Shown piece after piece: positions 45,933-55,967 of a stretch of 64,000 nucleotides of DNA; the stretch's first letter is position 1, and each line of letters begins with the position of its first letter. The DNA is from an uncultured Planctomycetaceae bacterium (GTDB lineage: Bacteria; Planctomycetota; Planctomycetia; Planctomycetales; Planctomycetaceae). A program made the position numbers and the translations under genes. The notes under the pieces are model-generated. The model ran no database searches, was not told the origin of the DNA, and saw nothing but the letters and a program-made list of their open reading frames with translations. The DNA lies in NCBI GenBank assembly GCA_963815195.1, contig CAWFGE010000017.1, forward strand, positions 256,001-320,000. Direction: 5' to 3'.

Positions 45933-46541
45933 TCACGCTTCGGCGAGGCCGTCGCCCAGGAGTTCCTGGCCACGGTTGCGGAGATTGGCGAACATCCGCC
46001 GGACCGTGCGGTCGTCCACGCCGAGTTTATCAGCGATCTCCTTTTGCGTGTAGCCTTCGAGCCGATATTGAATCAGGAGCTGCTGATCCGGCTCCAACCG
46101 CACGAGCACGCGTTCCAACAGGTCGGTAAAGCTTACGATTTCCTGGAGCGTCGGCTGGCTGCTTAAGCGGTTGACGATGTAACTCTCCGTGCCGTCGGAG
46201 CTCGTGGAAATCGACTCGAGCGCCGGATCGCGTTTGCCCGCCTGGTGATGCCGGACGGTGTTCCGCACCTTGTTAAGAGCCATTGTAAGCAGCAGCTTCC
46301 AGAAGTCCCCGTCGCTTTCGAATTCGAATCGGCCTTCGCGGGTGAGCCGAAAGATGGAGCGAAACACCGACTGCACCACATCGTCGGGATCGAGCCGGGA
46401 GTTGAAGCGGTCGGCCAGGTGCCGGCCCACGAGGTTCAAGAGCCTCATCAAGTAGCGTTCGTGAAGAATCGTGGCCGCTGCTTCGTCGCCGTTCCGCCAG
46501 CGGTCCACAAGTTCCGCATCGGTTAATTCCGCATTCGACAT
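45933..46541 (-). CDS. ECF sigma factor, planctomycete type
   Basis: GDEAAA..L.ERY, DDVVQSVFRS, FWKLLLTMALNK, GYTQKEIADKLG...RTVRR; GAGGT upstream. Confidence 0.92.
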   Translation of the reverse strand: MSNAELTDAELVDRWRNGDEAAATILHERYLMRLLNLVGRHLADRFNSRLDPDDVVQSVFRSIFRLTREGRFEFESDGDFWKLLLTMALNKVRNTVRHHQAGKRDPALESISTSSDGTESYIVNRLSSQPTLQEIVSFTDLLERVLVRLEPDQQLLIQYRLEGYTQKEIADKLGVDDRTVRRMFANLRNRGQELLGDGLAEA

Positions 46542-46892
46542 CGGTCACCTCATCGCAAAAACTCACCGGAGCCGGAGCGATTCCCCGCCGAGTGAAAGAA
46601 GCCACAGCGGTCTACCCACATCTTGCGATGAACGATGGCCGTTCGTCAAGTACGGTTTGGCGATTCCGGTCAGAACGTGTTTGAAAATCTGAGCGGTAGG
46701 AACTCGATCCGCAGCATCGACGCCAGGTTGAACGCCAGCAGGCCCATGCGTCAGTGCGGCAAGTGCGCTGTAAAGTCCGCTCTTGCCTTGGGTTGAGATT
46801 TGCGGTAGGGTTCCGCGTGGAAGGACGTGCGCTCTGCCGTGGGTCCGTCAATGGAAAGGCAAGTCTTCGGTGAGTTTGGCAGGGAGGCCGAG

Positions 46893-48523
46893 ATGCGAAT
46901 GAAACGCCTGATGTGCGCGGGATTGTTGGCCCTGGCCGCGGCGGGTGGCATTCTGGGGGCGAATCAATATTTCCAACGCCTCGCCGAAACCGAAGGTCCC
47001 TACGGAACCGAGCCGCCGAACCCATCCAATCCCGGTTGGCCGCCGGCCGAGCTTTCGTCCAACGCGAGCAGCGGCGAGCAAGAGGTTTGGGCGCCAGGTT
47101 TGGTGCCGAATGATTTCGGTCCGCGCCACCAACAGGCCGAACCCAGGCTCCGATACTTTCCACACCGCACCCAGGCGATCGAGATGGCTCAAGCGGACGG
47201 GCGGAACGGAAAGCCCGCCACGGCCGACAAGCCGCCTTACCAAAGCGAGCCCGCTCCCTTGCCGATGCCCCACGAAGCCGCCCCGCTCACCAGGCCCCAG
47301 TCCGGGAACTGGCTGCGGAAACTCATCGCGCAGGAACTCCCGCAGGCCCCGCCCGAAGAGCAGCGGGTTTGGAGCGAAGAACTTCGCGGCCTCAGTCCGG
47401 AAATGGTCCGCGATATTTTGCGGATGCGAAAAGACATCACCGCCGGCCCCCAGCCGCCGGCCCTCAATGAGACGTTCCCGCCCCTGCCGGATTGGTCCGA
47501 ACCGCCGGCGAATTTGGATCCCGCAAGGCAAACGCTCCCGCCGCTTCCGCAGGACGATCTGGCGGCAGGGGTCCACTCCGTCACGAACCGGTTGGAGCCC
47601 TCGCTGAGGGCGGTGGAACAGGCCCGCGACGTGGTTCTGAACAACCTCGCAAACGCGAACACGATCGGCTTCAAACGCTCGCGGGTCGTGCTCGAAGCGT
47701 TGCCCTATCAAACCCTTCAAGCCGGCCGGTCGGAAGACGAAGCCGCAGGCCCGGGAACGTCGATGGGTTCGGGCGTCGTCCTGTCCGGCACGCCGATCGA
47801 TGCGTCGCAAGGCCCGCTCAAAAAAACCAACCAACCTTTGGACGTCGCCATCGACGGGCCGGGCTTCTTCCGGATCGAAGTCGGCTCCGGCGTGTTCTAC
47901 ACCCGCTGCGGACAATGGTCGTTTAGCGACAAAGGCGAATTGTGCCTGGCTTCGGGCGGCAAACTTCGGCCGCTCGCGCCCCGGTCTTGGTGCCCGCGGA
48001 TTCGGTCTCGGTGATGATCGGCGAAGACGGCCGGGTGACGGCATTAAAACCCGCCGAAGAGGGCGAACTGATGGTTTACAACGCCGGGCGGATCGAACTG
48101 GCCCGCTTCCGCAATCCCTCGGCCCTCAAACCGCAGGGCGGGCATGTGTTCGCCGCCGGCAAAGCCGCCGGCATTCCGATCGTCGGTCCTCCCCAAGGTC
48201 CCGGCTTCGGTTTGTTGCGGCAAGGATCGCTGGAACTCTCCAATGTCTCCCGCGATGAGGAACTCGAGCAATTCCACACCCTCCAAAGCCAATGGGAGTT
48301 GCTCCGGCATCTGTCGGGCTCGCCATCGGGTGATTTGTCAAAGGGTCCCGTCGCCCGCCGGCCGCAGGTCCCCGCGCAGCGGACCTCAGCCCCGTCCCGT
48401 TCCGCTCCACTCCCGTCGTTCGCACCTCTCAAAGCGCTCCGCAGCCGCGGCAGCAGTTTGATCGATGAATACCTGCATAGCGAGCGCGCCAAAGCCATCC
48501 GCCGCACTCTCGGCTGGAAATGA
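46893..48523 (+). CDS. FlgG/FlgF-like basal-body rod homologue with long N-terminal extension; frameshift near 47980
   Basis: NNLANANTIGFK, QGPLKKTNQPLDVAIDGPGFF, YTR.G, GRIELARF.NP..L, QGSLELSNV. Confidence 0.82.
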
Positions 48524-48669
48524 ATCCAAGGACGCGACGCACACACCGGCCTGGCGTTCTTTTAGGCCGTGATGTTCGTCATGCCGTCGGGCGGCGGGCT
48601 GTGTTTTGCCGGCTTCTTCGTCATAATGGGGATCGGCTTCTTACCGTTCACTCCCAGAAGGATTCCCCG

Positions 48670-49662
48670 ATGAAAATACGCTCAGGCATTCTCTTCAGGT
48701 CGGGCCTATTGAGCCTGATTTTTGGCGGGTTTTCGATCGACGCCGCGGAGCCGCTGCCCAAGCTGCGGGACATCGAGATTGAAAGCCGCCTGGATCACAC
48801 GCCGCAACCCGCGAAGATTTGGACGCCCGCCTCGGCCGCGAAACAGCCGACGCCGCTGTTGGTCTTTTTGCATTCGTGGAGCGGGGACGTTCGGCAGAAC
48901 AATTCGCCCTGGCTGAAAGAAGCCGTGGATCGCGGGTGGATCTTTTTGCATCCCAACTTTCGCGGGCGAAACGATCATCCCCAAGCCTGCGGATCGCGGC
49001 TCGCCCGGCAGGACATTTTGGATGCGATTGACTTTGCCTCTCGGAAATACAACGTGGACCGTTCGCGGATCTATCTCGCGGGCACGTCCGGCGGCGGGCA
49101 CATGGCGATGCTGATGGCCGGCTATCACCCGGAGCGGTTCTCGGCCGTCTCGGCATGGGTGGGGATCAGCGACCTGGCGGCGTGGTATCGGTTCCACGTC
49201 AAAGCCGGCAAGCCGCTAGGGTATGCCCAGATGGTCGCGAAATGCTGCGGCGGCGCTCCGGGATCATCGCCTGAAGTGGATCAAGAATATCAAGCCCGCT
49301 CGCCGAAGTTTCATTTGCAGAACGTTGGCAAGCTGCCGATCGATCTCTATTCCGGCCTCCACGACGGCCACACGGGATCCGTCCCGGTCCGGCACACGCT
49401 GGAGGCGTTTAACGTCATCGCCAAAGCAGCAGGTCAAGCCGAGATTGCCGAGGCGGACATCCAACAATTGTTAAAAGAATCCCCACTCCAAAGCCCGCAG
49501 CCGACGGACACCGCGACAGACAAGACCTTGGGCCGCAAAATTCATCTCAGGCGGACCGCGGGAGCGGCGCGGGTCACGATTTTTGAAGGCGGCCACGAAG
49601 GCCTTCCCGGCCCTACTTGCATTTGGCTAGAAAAGCAGAGCCGTGCGACGAAAGATCGCTGA
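48670..49662 (+). CDS. Exported alpha/beta hydrolase (prolyl-oligopeptidase/esterase-like)
   Basis: LHSWSG, GTSGGG nucleophile elbow, FEGGH. Confidence 0.88.
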   Translation: MKIRSGILFRSGLLSLIFGGFSIDAAEPLPKLRDIEIESRLDHTPQPAKIWTPASAAKQPTPLLVFLHSWSGDVRQNNSPWLKEAVDRGWIFLHPNFRGRNDHPQACGSRLARQDILDAIDFASRKYNVDRSRIYLAGTSGGGHMAMLMAGYHPERFSAVSAWVGISDLAAWYRFHVKAGKPLGYAQMVAKCCGGAPGSSPEVDQEYQARSPKFHLQNVGKLPIDLYSGLHDGHTGSVPVRHTLEAFNVIAKAAGQAEIAEADIQQLLKESPLQSPQPTDTATDKTLGRKIHLRRTAGAARVTIFEGGHEGLPGPTCIWLEKQSRATKDR

Positions 49663-49698
49663 CAACGGAGCGGCAACGGGAACGACTTTCGCCAGGAT

Positions 49699-50445
49699 TC
49701 AATCCATCCCCAAGTCGTGAATCAATCGACTGTGAAAAGCGATCTCATCCGCATCGGCGCTCAGTGCGGCAACAAGGATTTCAACAAGCTTTTCCCAAAC
49801 CGCCAGTGAACGCTCGTCAAACGCGATTTCCACGCGCTCGCAAATCTCCCGATAATTCGTTGCGAGAATCATTCGGCAGAGATCTTTGACGGTCCTCATC
49901 CGTGATGGAAAGTTCGTGCGATAGGGGGTGCAGATTTTCAAGATCTTGAGATAGGTTTCGCTGACCATCCAGATTCCGACAAATCCCAACAACGGCCAGA
50001 CCCACTTCGCAACGCCCATCTGCCAGATGTGGAATTGCTCGATGAAAGCGACTCCCACAGCGAGCCAAAATCCAATCCGACGGACCGCCTTGGGGTAGTC
50101 GAGTTCTCTCACGTGGTACGGACAGGATTCGCGAAGCCGGTTCCATGTTTCCCGGCGGCTCGGCTTGGGAAACAGCGATTCCAACGTCGTTCCCAATTCG
50201 ATTTCCTCAGCCGGCAATCCCGTGACCACACGGAGCGTACTTTGAATCTCCCGCCAGAGATGGTAGTTCAATTCAATGTCGTTCCGCGTGAGATCGCATA
50301 AACCTAATTTGTTCAAGATCAGACTATACAAATCCCCGACCGTAACATCTCGATGGCGAGTTATTTTCTCCCATTCCTCCAAGCGGAATCTAACCCCGAG
50401 TTCTTTCTCGATGCGAAACGTAATGTCGAGAAAATCGATGCCCAT
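49699..50445 (-). CDS. Acyl-carrier-protein-like membrane protein
   Basis: N-terminal MGIDFLDI.FRIEKELGV...TVGDL; C-terminal EI....RLIHDLGMD; two central hydrophobic helices. Confidence 0.7.
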   Translation of the reverse strand: MGIDFLDITFRIEKELGVRFRLEEWEKITRHRDVTVGDLYSLILNKLGLCDLTRNDIELNYHLWREIQSTLRVVTGLPAEEIELGTTLESLFPKPSRRETWNRLRESCPYHVRELDYPKAVRRIGFWLAVGVAFIEQFHIWQMGVAKWVWPLLGFVGIWMVSETYLKILKICTPYRTNFPSRMRTVKDLCRMILATNYREICERVEIAFDERSLAVWEKLVEILVAALSADADEIAFHSRLIHDLGMD

Positions 50446-50526
50446 TGGGCGAACATCCATGTTTACGTAGACCGGCGCATTGCCGCTTGCGCTACGCTTC
50501 TACTCGAAGCAGATCTCAGCTTCCCA

Positions 50527-51585
50527 TCACGCGACGGAGGTTTCCATCACCGGGGCGGCGAGTGGCTCTGCTTCGTCGGATTCCGTGGCTTCGGTTGTGC
50601 TCCGGCTGGATTTTTCGGGGAGGCGGTCGCGGACATCATAGGCCTGGCCCACGAATTTCAAGGCTTTGATCGCCCACCAGGTCATGTCGATTTCCCACCA
50701 GCGATGCCCGGCGGGGGCGAGGCTGGGATGGGCGTGGTGGTTGTTGTGCCAGCCTTCGCCGTAGCTCAAAACCGCCACCCACCACAAATTGCGGGACGCG
50801 TCGCGGGTGTCGTAATTGCGGTAGCCCCACAGATGCGTGGCCGAGTTGACGAACCACGTGCTATGGTAGGCGAAGACCATCCGCACGCACAGGCCCCATA
50901 AGAGCATGGGCAGCCCGCCAATGGCGAGCAGCGTCAAACCGGTCGCGACCAGCCAGAAAAACTCCGTCTTCTGGAAGAACTTCAGCAGCGGGCGCTGAGC
51001 CAGTTCGGGGATGTATTGCCGGTACATTTTTTCGCGGTGTCCCGGTTTTTGATGCAGGAACAACCAGAGAATGTGGGACCAGAACGTGCCGTCGAACGGG
51101 GAATGCGGGTCGCCTTTGAGGTCGGACCGCTGATGATGCACGCGGTGCACCGCCGCCCATTGCAGCGGCGAGCCTTCGCCGGAAATCGCTCCGCAGAGCA
51201 GCGTAAAAAACTCAGCCGGTTGTTTGAGCTTGAGGGACTTATGGGCCAGGTAGCGGTGATAGCCCAGGCAGATCCCGATGCTGCACGTCACCCAATGCAG
51301 GACCACGCAGACGGCCAAGGCCGACCAGCTAAAAAAGAACGGAGCCGCGAGCGCCCCGGCGTGAATCATGACCATCCAGCCGAAGACGATCCAGTCGATG
51401 TTCTTGAGTTTCAAATGGCTGGGGTCGAACGAATCCAAAATCGCCGCCTTTTCGCGGGCGGCATCGCTTTGTTGGGGGGCGGACTTTTGCTGGGCTGCTT
51501 GTATTTCAAGCCATTCCGCCGCGGTCAATTCCTCGGCGTCGGCATCAAGGACGGGAGTCGAAGTCTCAAAGGTCTCAGCGGGCAT
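50527..51585 (-). CDS. Delta-9-type membrane fatty acid (acyl-CoA/acyl-lipid) desaturase
   Basis: His boxes HRYLAH, HRVHH, HNNHH; DPHSP; VNSATH.WG. Confidence 0.95.
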   Translation of the reverse strand: MPAETFETSTPVLDADAEELTAAEWLEIQAAQQKSAPQQSDAAREKAAILDSFDPSHLKLKNIDWIVFGWMVMIHAGALAAPFFFSWSALAVCVVLHWVTCSIGICLGYHRYLAHKSLKLKQPAEFFTLLCGAISGEGSPLQWAAVHRVHHQRSDLKGDPHSPFDGTFWSHILWLFLHQKPGHREKMYRQYIPELAQRPLLKFFQKTEFFWLVATGLTLLAIGGLPMLLWGLCVRMVFAYHSTWFVNSATHLWGYRNYDTRDASRNLWWVAVLSYGEGWHNNHHAHPSLAPAGHRWWEIDMTWWAIKALKFVGQAYDVRDRLPEKSSRSTTEATESDEAEPLAAPVMETSVA

Positions 51586-51724
51586 TGGGGAATCCTGTTC
51601 GGAGTGCAAAAATCGAGGTGGGTTTCAAAGGAGGGATGCACAAGGTCAACTCGCTTCGCCGCCCCACGCCGGGGCAATAGAAGTGAGGACTCTACAGCAA
51701 GTCTAGCGTGGAAACAATCGCAGA

Positions 51725-51765
51725 CTGTCAGGCCACCGTCAAACTTCTGTCAAAGTTATGTCAAC
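51725..51765. promoter_or_regulatory. Four 11-bp-phased (T/C)GTCA direct repeats upstream of the desaturase
   Basis: GTCA at 51727, 51738, 51749 and 51760. Confidence 0.65.
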
Positions 51766-52006
51766 AACCTAACCGCTTGATGTAAAATAAGTTGCGGAAA
51801 AGGACAACCGAGGAAAACCCGGCGAAAAATCGCCCGGCATGCCGGCGGGATTTGCGACAGCGCGCTGAATCGCCTGTTCAGGCGGGACGTTCCGGAGCCA
51901 GCCCCTCATCGATTCTCGCGACCAAGCCGTGGTGAATCGCCGGATCATTCAAACCGCGGCCGAGAGTTGGCCCGACGCCTATCTTGTCGCGAAGGCTACG
52001 ATTTCG

Positions 52007-54150
52007 CTATTCAGAGATGGATGACGTTCCACGATCGGCGAGGGCTCGGGCATAACGGCCCAAGGCCATCAGCGGGAAGTAGATCCGGTACAGGTGATAT
52101 TTGAGATAAAACACCTTCGGAAAGCCGGTGCCGGTCCACCAGGGCTCGTCCCAGGTGCTGTCCTCTTGCTGCGTGTCCAAGAGATATTGGACGCCTCGGC
52201 GGGCGGCTTCACTGTCGGCTTCGCCCGCGGCAATCAGGCCCAGCAGAGCCCAGGCGGTTTGCGACGCGGTCGCCGGGCCTTGGCCGCGGAGACTGGGATC
52301 GTCATAACTTCGCGGCGTTTCGCCCCAGCCGCCAGACTCTTGCTGCTTGGACTTGAGCCAATCCGCGGCGGCCCCGATCCGCGGATCGCTCGCGGGGATG
52401 CCGATCTTCGCGAGCCCGACCAGACATTGCCAGGTTCCATAAATGTAATTCACGCCCCACCGCCCGTACCACGCGTGGTCGGGCTGCTGGTCGTTCCACA
52501 CGAACTCCAAAGCCCGCTGGATGGCCGGGTGCGCGGTGGAGAGATTCAAATGGGCGAACATCTCCACGATGCGGGCGGTGATGTCGGCGGTCGAGGGATC
52601 GATCATCGCGTTGTGATCGGCGAACGGCACGCGGGTGAAAATCTCGCGGTCGTTGTTCGCGTCGAACGCCCCCCAGCCTCCGTCCCGGCTCTGCAGCGCG
52701 AGAATCCATTTCGCCCCCCGCCAGATCGCGTTCAGCATCGGCGAAGCCGTCTCCACATCCTGGCAGGCTTTCGCGGAGGTGGCGCTTCGGCCGGAGACCA
52801 CGGCGGCGGCGTCGCGGTCGGCGGCGTGCGGACTCCAATCCCCCAACAAATACTGCGAGTTCCACGTCTCCCGCTCCGTGTCGCCGCCGGGCAGGCAGCG
52901 GGCCAAAGCCATCACCACCATGCTCGTGTCGTCCACGTCGGGATAGAATTCGTTGTTGAACTCAAAAAACCAGCCGCCCGCTTCCATGTGCGGCTTGAGC
53001 ACCGACCAGTCCCCCTTGGTGCGGACCTCTTTGGAGAGAAGCCAGGCGACGGACTTTGCGATCGCGGGATGCTCGCGGGAGACGCCGGCGTCGCGGAGGG
53101 CGATCGTCGCAATCGCGGTGTCCCACACGGGGGACTTGCAAGGCTGCAGGCGGATCGTGTCGCGTTCCCGGATCATCAAGGCATCGAGTTCGCCCATCGC
53201 GCAGCGGACTTCCGGGGACTCCTCCGAAAATCCCAAGCATTTGAGTGCGACCACGCTCCAGATGATCGGCGGAAAGATCGCCCCCAAGCCGTCGCTGTTC
53301 TCGAACCGTTCGATCATCCAGTCCGCGGCTTTCTTGATGGCGATGCCGCGCAAAGGCCTGAGGCGGAGCGTTTCCAGGACCTTCAGGCCCCGGTCGAGTT
53401 GCCGAAACAGCCAATCCCAATCGATCAGCGTTTTATGCGACAACTCATCGACGACTTCGGATTTGTCCATGCAGATGGAGAGGTCTTCCGGGCGGCCGAG
53501 GAACAGTTCATCGATGCGATGTTCTTCCGGCAACGGGCGGACCGGACGATAAGCCCACAACAGCGACAAAGGCACCAAAATCGTGCGGGACCACGAGGAC
53601 ATCTCGTAGATGTTAAATGGCATCCACCGCGGGATGAGCATCAACTCCGGCGGCACCGCCGGGCATTGCGAATAGCGGATCATCCCCAGGAGCGCCAAGT
53701 AATACCGCGTGAAGCTGTTGACCTTCTCGGCACCGCCCGCCGCGCGGACGGCTTCGCGGGCGCGGACCATCGGCTCGGAATCCGGATCGTGACCCGTAAT
53801 CTTCAGAGCGAAATAAGCTTTGACGGAGGCGGAGATTTCCATCGGCCCGCCGGGATAAATCGACCAGCCGCCTTCGGGAAGCTGCTTCTCGAGCATGTAG
53901 TTCGCGCACATCCGCGCGACGTCCGAGCCTTCGCGCCGAGAAACGCGAGGAGCAGGATGTATTCCGATTCGAGGATCGTGTCGCCTTCGAGTTCCCCGAC
54001 CCAAAACCCGTCCTCGTGCTGCTGCCCTAAAAGATAGTCGCGGGTGCGGACGAGGGCCTCGGCCAACCGGCCTTCGCCTAAAGAGAGAAAGGGGCCAGAG
54101 TCCACCGCCGATGTGGAAGGGGTTCCTCCTGCGTTGGGAACGTCCATCAT
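52007..54150 (-). CDS. shc: Squalene-hopene cyclase; frameshift near 53935
   Basis: QHEDGFW.GELEGD.ILESEY, YPDVDDT (DxDD), QW repeats, WYGRWGVNYIYGTW, TGTGFPKVFYLKYH.Y. Confidence 0.95.
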
Positions 54151-54331
54151 GTCAAAACGATTTCGCCGCGCGCAAGCCAGCCTGAACTCATTCCAGGTGT
54201 CCCACAAAAACCAGAAAACGCCCCTTCCTCCTGCCGGACGGACTAGAACCTGCATGTTAAAAGGGAAAGGAAAACAGAGCAACCTCAAACGCCATGTTTG
54301 AGCCTGAGGGGGCCTTCCCCATTTTGCCATT

Positions 54332-54389
54332 GGCCCACAGAATCATGGTTCACAAAATCAATGTTTTGTGAACCATGATTCTGTGGGCC
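54332..54389. repeat. Perfect 26-bp inverted repeat with 6-nt loop
   Basis: ggcccacagaatcatggttcacaaaa-tcaatg-ttttgtgaaccatgattctgtgggcc. Confidence 0.95.
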
Positions 54390-54540
54390 GTAAATCCCCG
54401 CAACATCCGCAAGGTTTGCCGCACCGGAAAAATCCTCAAGATCAACGTCATCTTCGGCCGATGACCGATGGAGAGGCCATGTTGCTGAGCATCCGCCATG
54501 CGGACCCGGTCCGGGGCATTCAGCCAGAGGATTTTGCAAG

Positions 54541-55098
54541 ATGAAAGCCAAACCTCCTTCATCAAACACGAAACACCTCAAACATCAAAGACGGGGCTTT
54601 TACGCCTTGGCCTGGTGCCGGGATCATATCGTATTGCTGTCCGTGGTCCTGTTTTTTCCGCTCACGCTGGTGGGATTTTATTGGGGGAGTCCCGGGCCGG
54701 AAGACAATCCGCCGCCGAATTATCTCGCCTCCGAACCGGCGGATGAGGACGTTCACGCCGTCTTGCCTGTCGAGGAACCCGCACCGGCAGCCCTCGCCGA
54801 GTCACCCAAGCCCGATGCTCCGCCTTTGGAATCTGTGGAACCCCCGCCGCTGACGGAGACGGCTTTGCCCGTGGAACCTCTGCCCAATCCGGCGGCGGAT
54901 GGTTTCTCCGCCATCAATGTCAGCGAAGTCCCCGCGCTCGTCGGCGGACCGAACTTCCCGGCGATGTCTTCATCCGAAGCTCAGGACTTAAACTGCGTCT
55001 GGCTGACGGGAACGATCGAAGCGTTTCCCGCGGAGGATTCGCCCGTCCCGCAGCAAGCCGCCCGCGTCCATGTCTCCTTCCCGGCGAGTCGAAATTGA
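54541..55098 (+). CDS. Single-TM Pro/Glu-rich hypothetical protein
   Basis: Basic N-terminus, TM IVLLSVVLFFPLTLVGFYW, acidic Pro-rich stalk, C-terminal VWLTGTIE. Confidence 0.65.
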   Translation: MKAKPPSSNTKHLKHQRRGFYALAWCRDHIVLLSVVLFFPLTLVGFYWGSPGPEDNPPPNYLASEPADEDVHAVLPVEEPAPAALAESPKPDAPPLESVEPPPLTETALPVEPLPNPAADGFSAINVSEVPALVGGPNFPAMSSSEAQDLNCVWLTGTIEAFPAEDSPVPQQAARVHVSFPASRN

Positions 55099-55140
55099 AC
55101 CCTCGCCAACGCCCACAGCCCCAAGAGCGGAATCGGCCTG

Positions 55141-55962
55141 ATGTATGAGCCCTATTGGAAACTGAGCGAACGGCCTTTCCAAAACGATTCCGTGCCCGAT
55201 TTCTTTTTCCGCGGGGAGACCCATCAGGCGGCCCTCTTAAAACTCCGCTACACCATCGAACATCGCCTCGGGGCGGCGATTCTCTCCGGCGGCGTGGGCT
55301 ACGGCAAAACCTTTTTGATCCAGACGCTGGCCGCGGAGCTTTCCGAAAGCTTCACGCCGGTGGTGCCTGTGATCTTTCCGCAATTCTCGCCGCCGGAACT
55401 TTTGGCCTGGCTCGCGGTGGAGTTGGGCGTGCCGGCCGAGGTCGCGGCCGAAAACCGGCTCGATCAGACGCTCCGCCGATTGGAAACCCAGCTTCGCCAG
55501 TTGACCGAAGCAGGCCGTTTCCCCACCATCATTATCGATGAGGCCCACACCATCGAATCGCCCGCCGTGCTGCAAACGTTCCAGCTTTTGCTCAACTATC
55601 AGCAGAGCCCGGCGATTCGCTTCACGCTGATTTTTGTGGGGGATCGGCCGCTGGTGAAACACATCGGCCGCTGGGCGGCGCTCGATGAGCGGATCCCCAT
55701 CCGGGCCGTGCTGGGTCCGCTCACGAAACAAGAAACCGCCGCCTACGTGAAACACCGCCTCGCCGTCGCCCGCCGCACCGAGCCCACGTTCGATGAGGGC
55801 GCGTTGACGGCGATCTTTGAACTCACCGGAGGCGTGCCCCGGCGGATCAACCGCATCTGCGACCTGGCCCTCCTGGTGGGTTACGCCGACGAACTCCCGC
55901 TGCTCACCGCCCAGGAAGTGGAAGCCGTCAGCGAGGAATTGCACATCGGTTTGACCGTGTGA
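55141..55962 (+). CDS. ExeA/GspA-like AAA ATPase (ATPase domain only)
   Basis: Y..YWKL...PF, GGVGYGKT, IIIDEAH, YVKHRL, GVPRRINRICD.AL. Confidence 0.9.
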   Translation: MYEPYWKLSERPFQNDSVPDFFFRGETHQAALLKLRYTIEHRLGAAILSGGVGYGKTFLIQTLAAELSESFTPVVPVIFPQFSPPELLAWLAVELGVPAEVAAENRLDQTLRRLETQLRQLTEAGRFPTIIIDEAHTIESPAVLQTFQLLLNYQQSPAIRFTLIFVGDRPLVKHIGRWAALDERIPIRAVLGPLTKQETAAYVKHRLAVARRTEPTFDEGALTAIFELTGGVPRRINRICDLALLVGYADELPLLTAQEVEAVSEELHIGLTV

Positions 55963-55967
55963 CAAGA

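Noticed and set aside
46893..48523. Flagellar gene cluster
   Set aside because: Only one rod-like gene; no other flg/fli genes in the window.
55141..55962. TniB/TnsC-type transposon ATPase
   Set aside because: No adjacent transposase or element ends; N- and C-terminal motifs fit ExeA.
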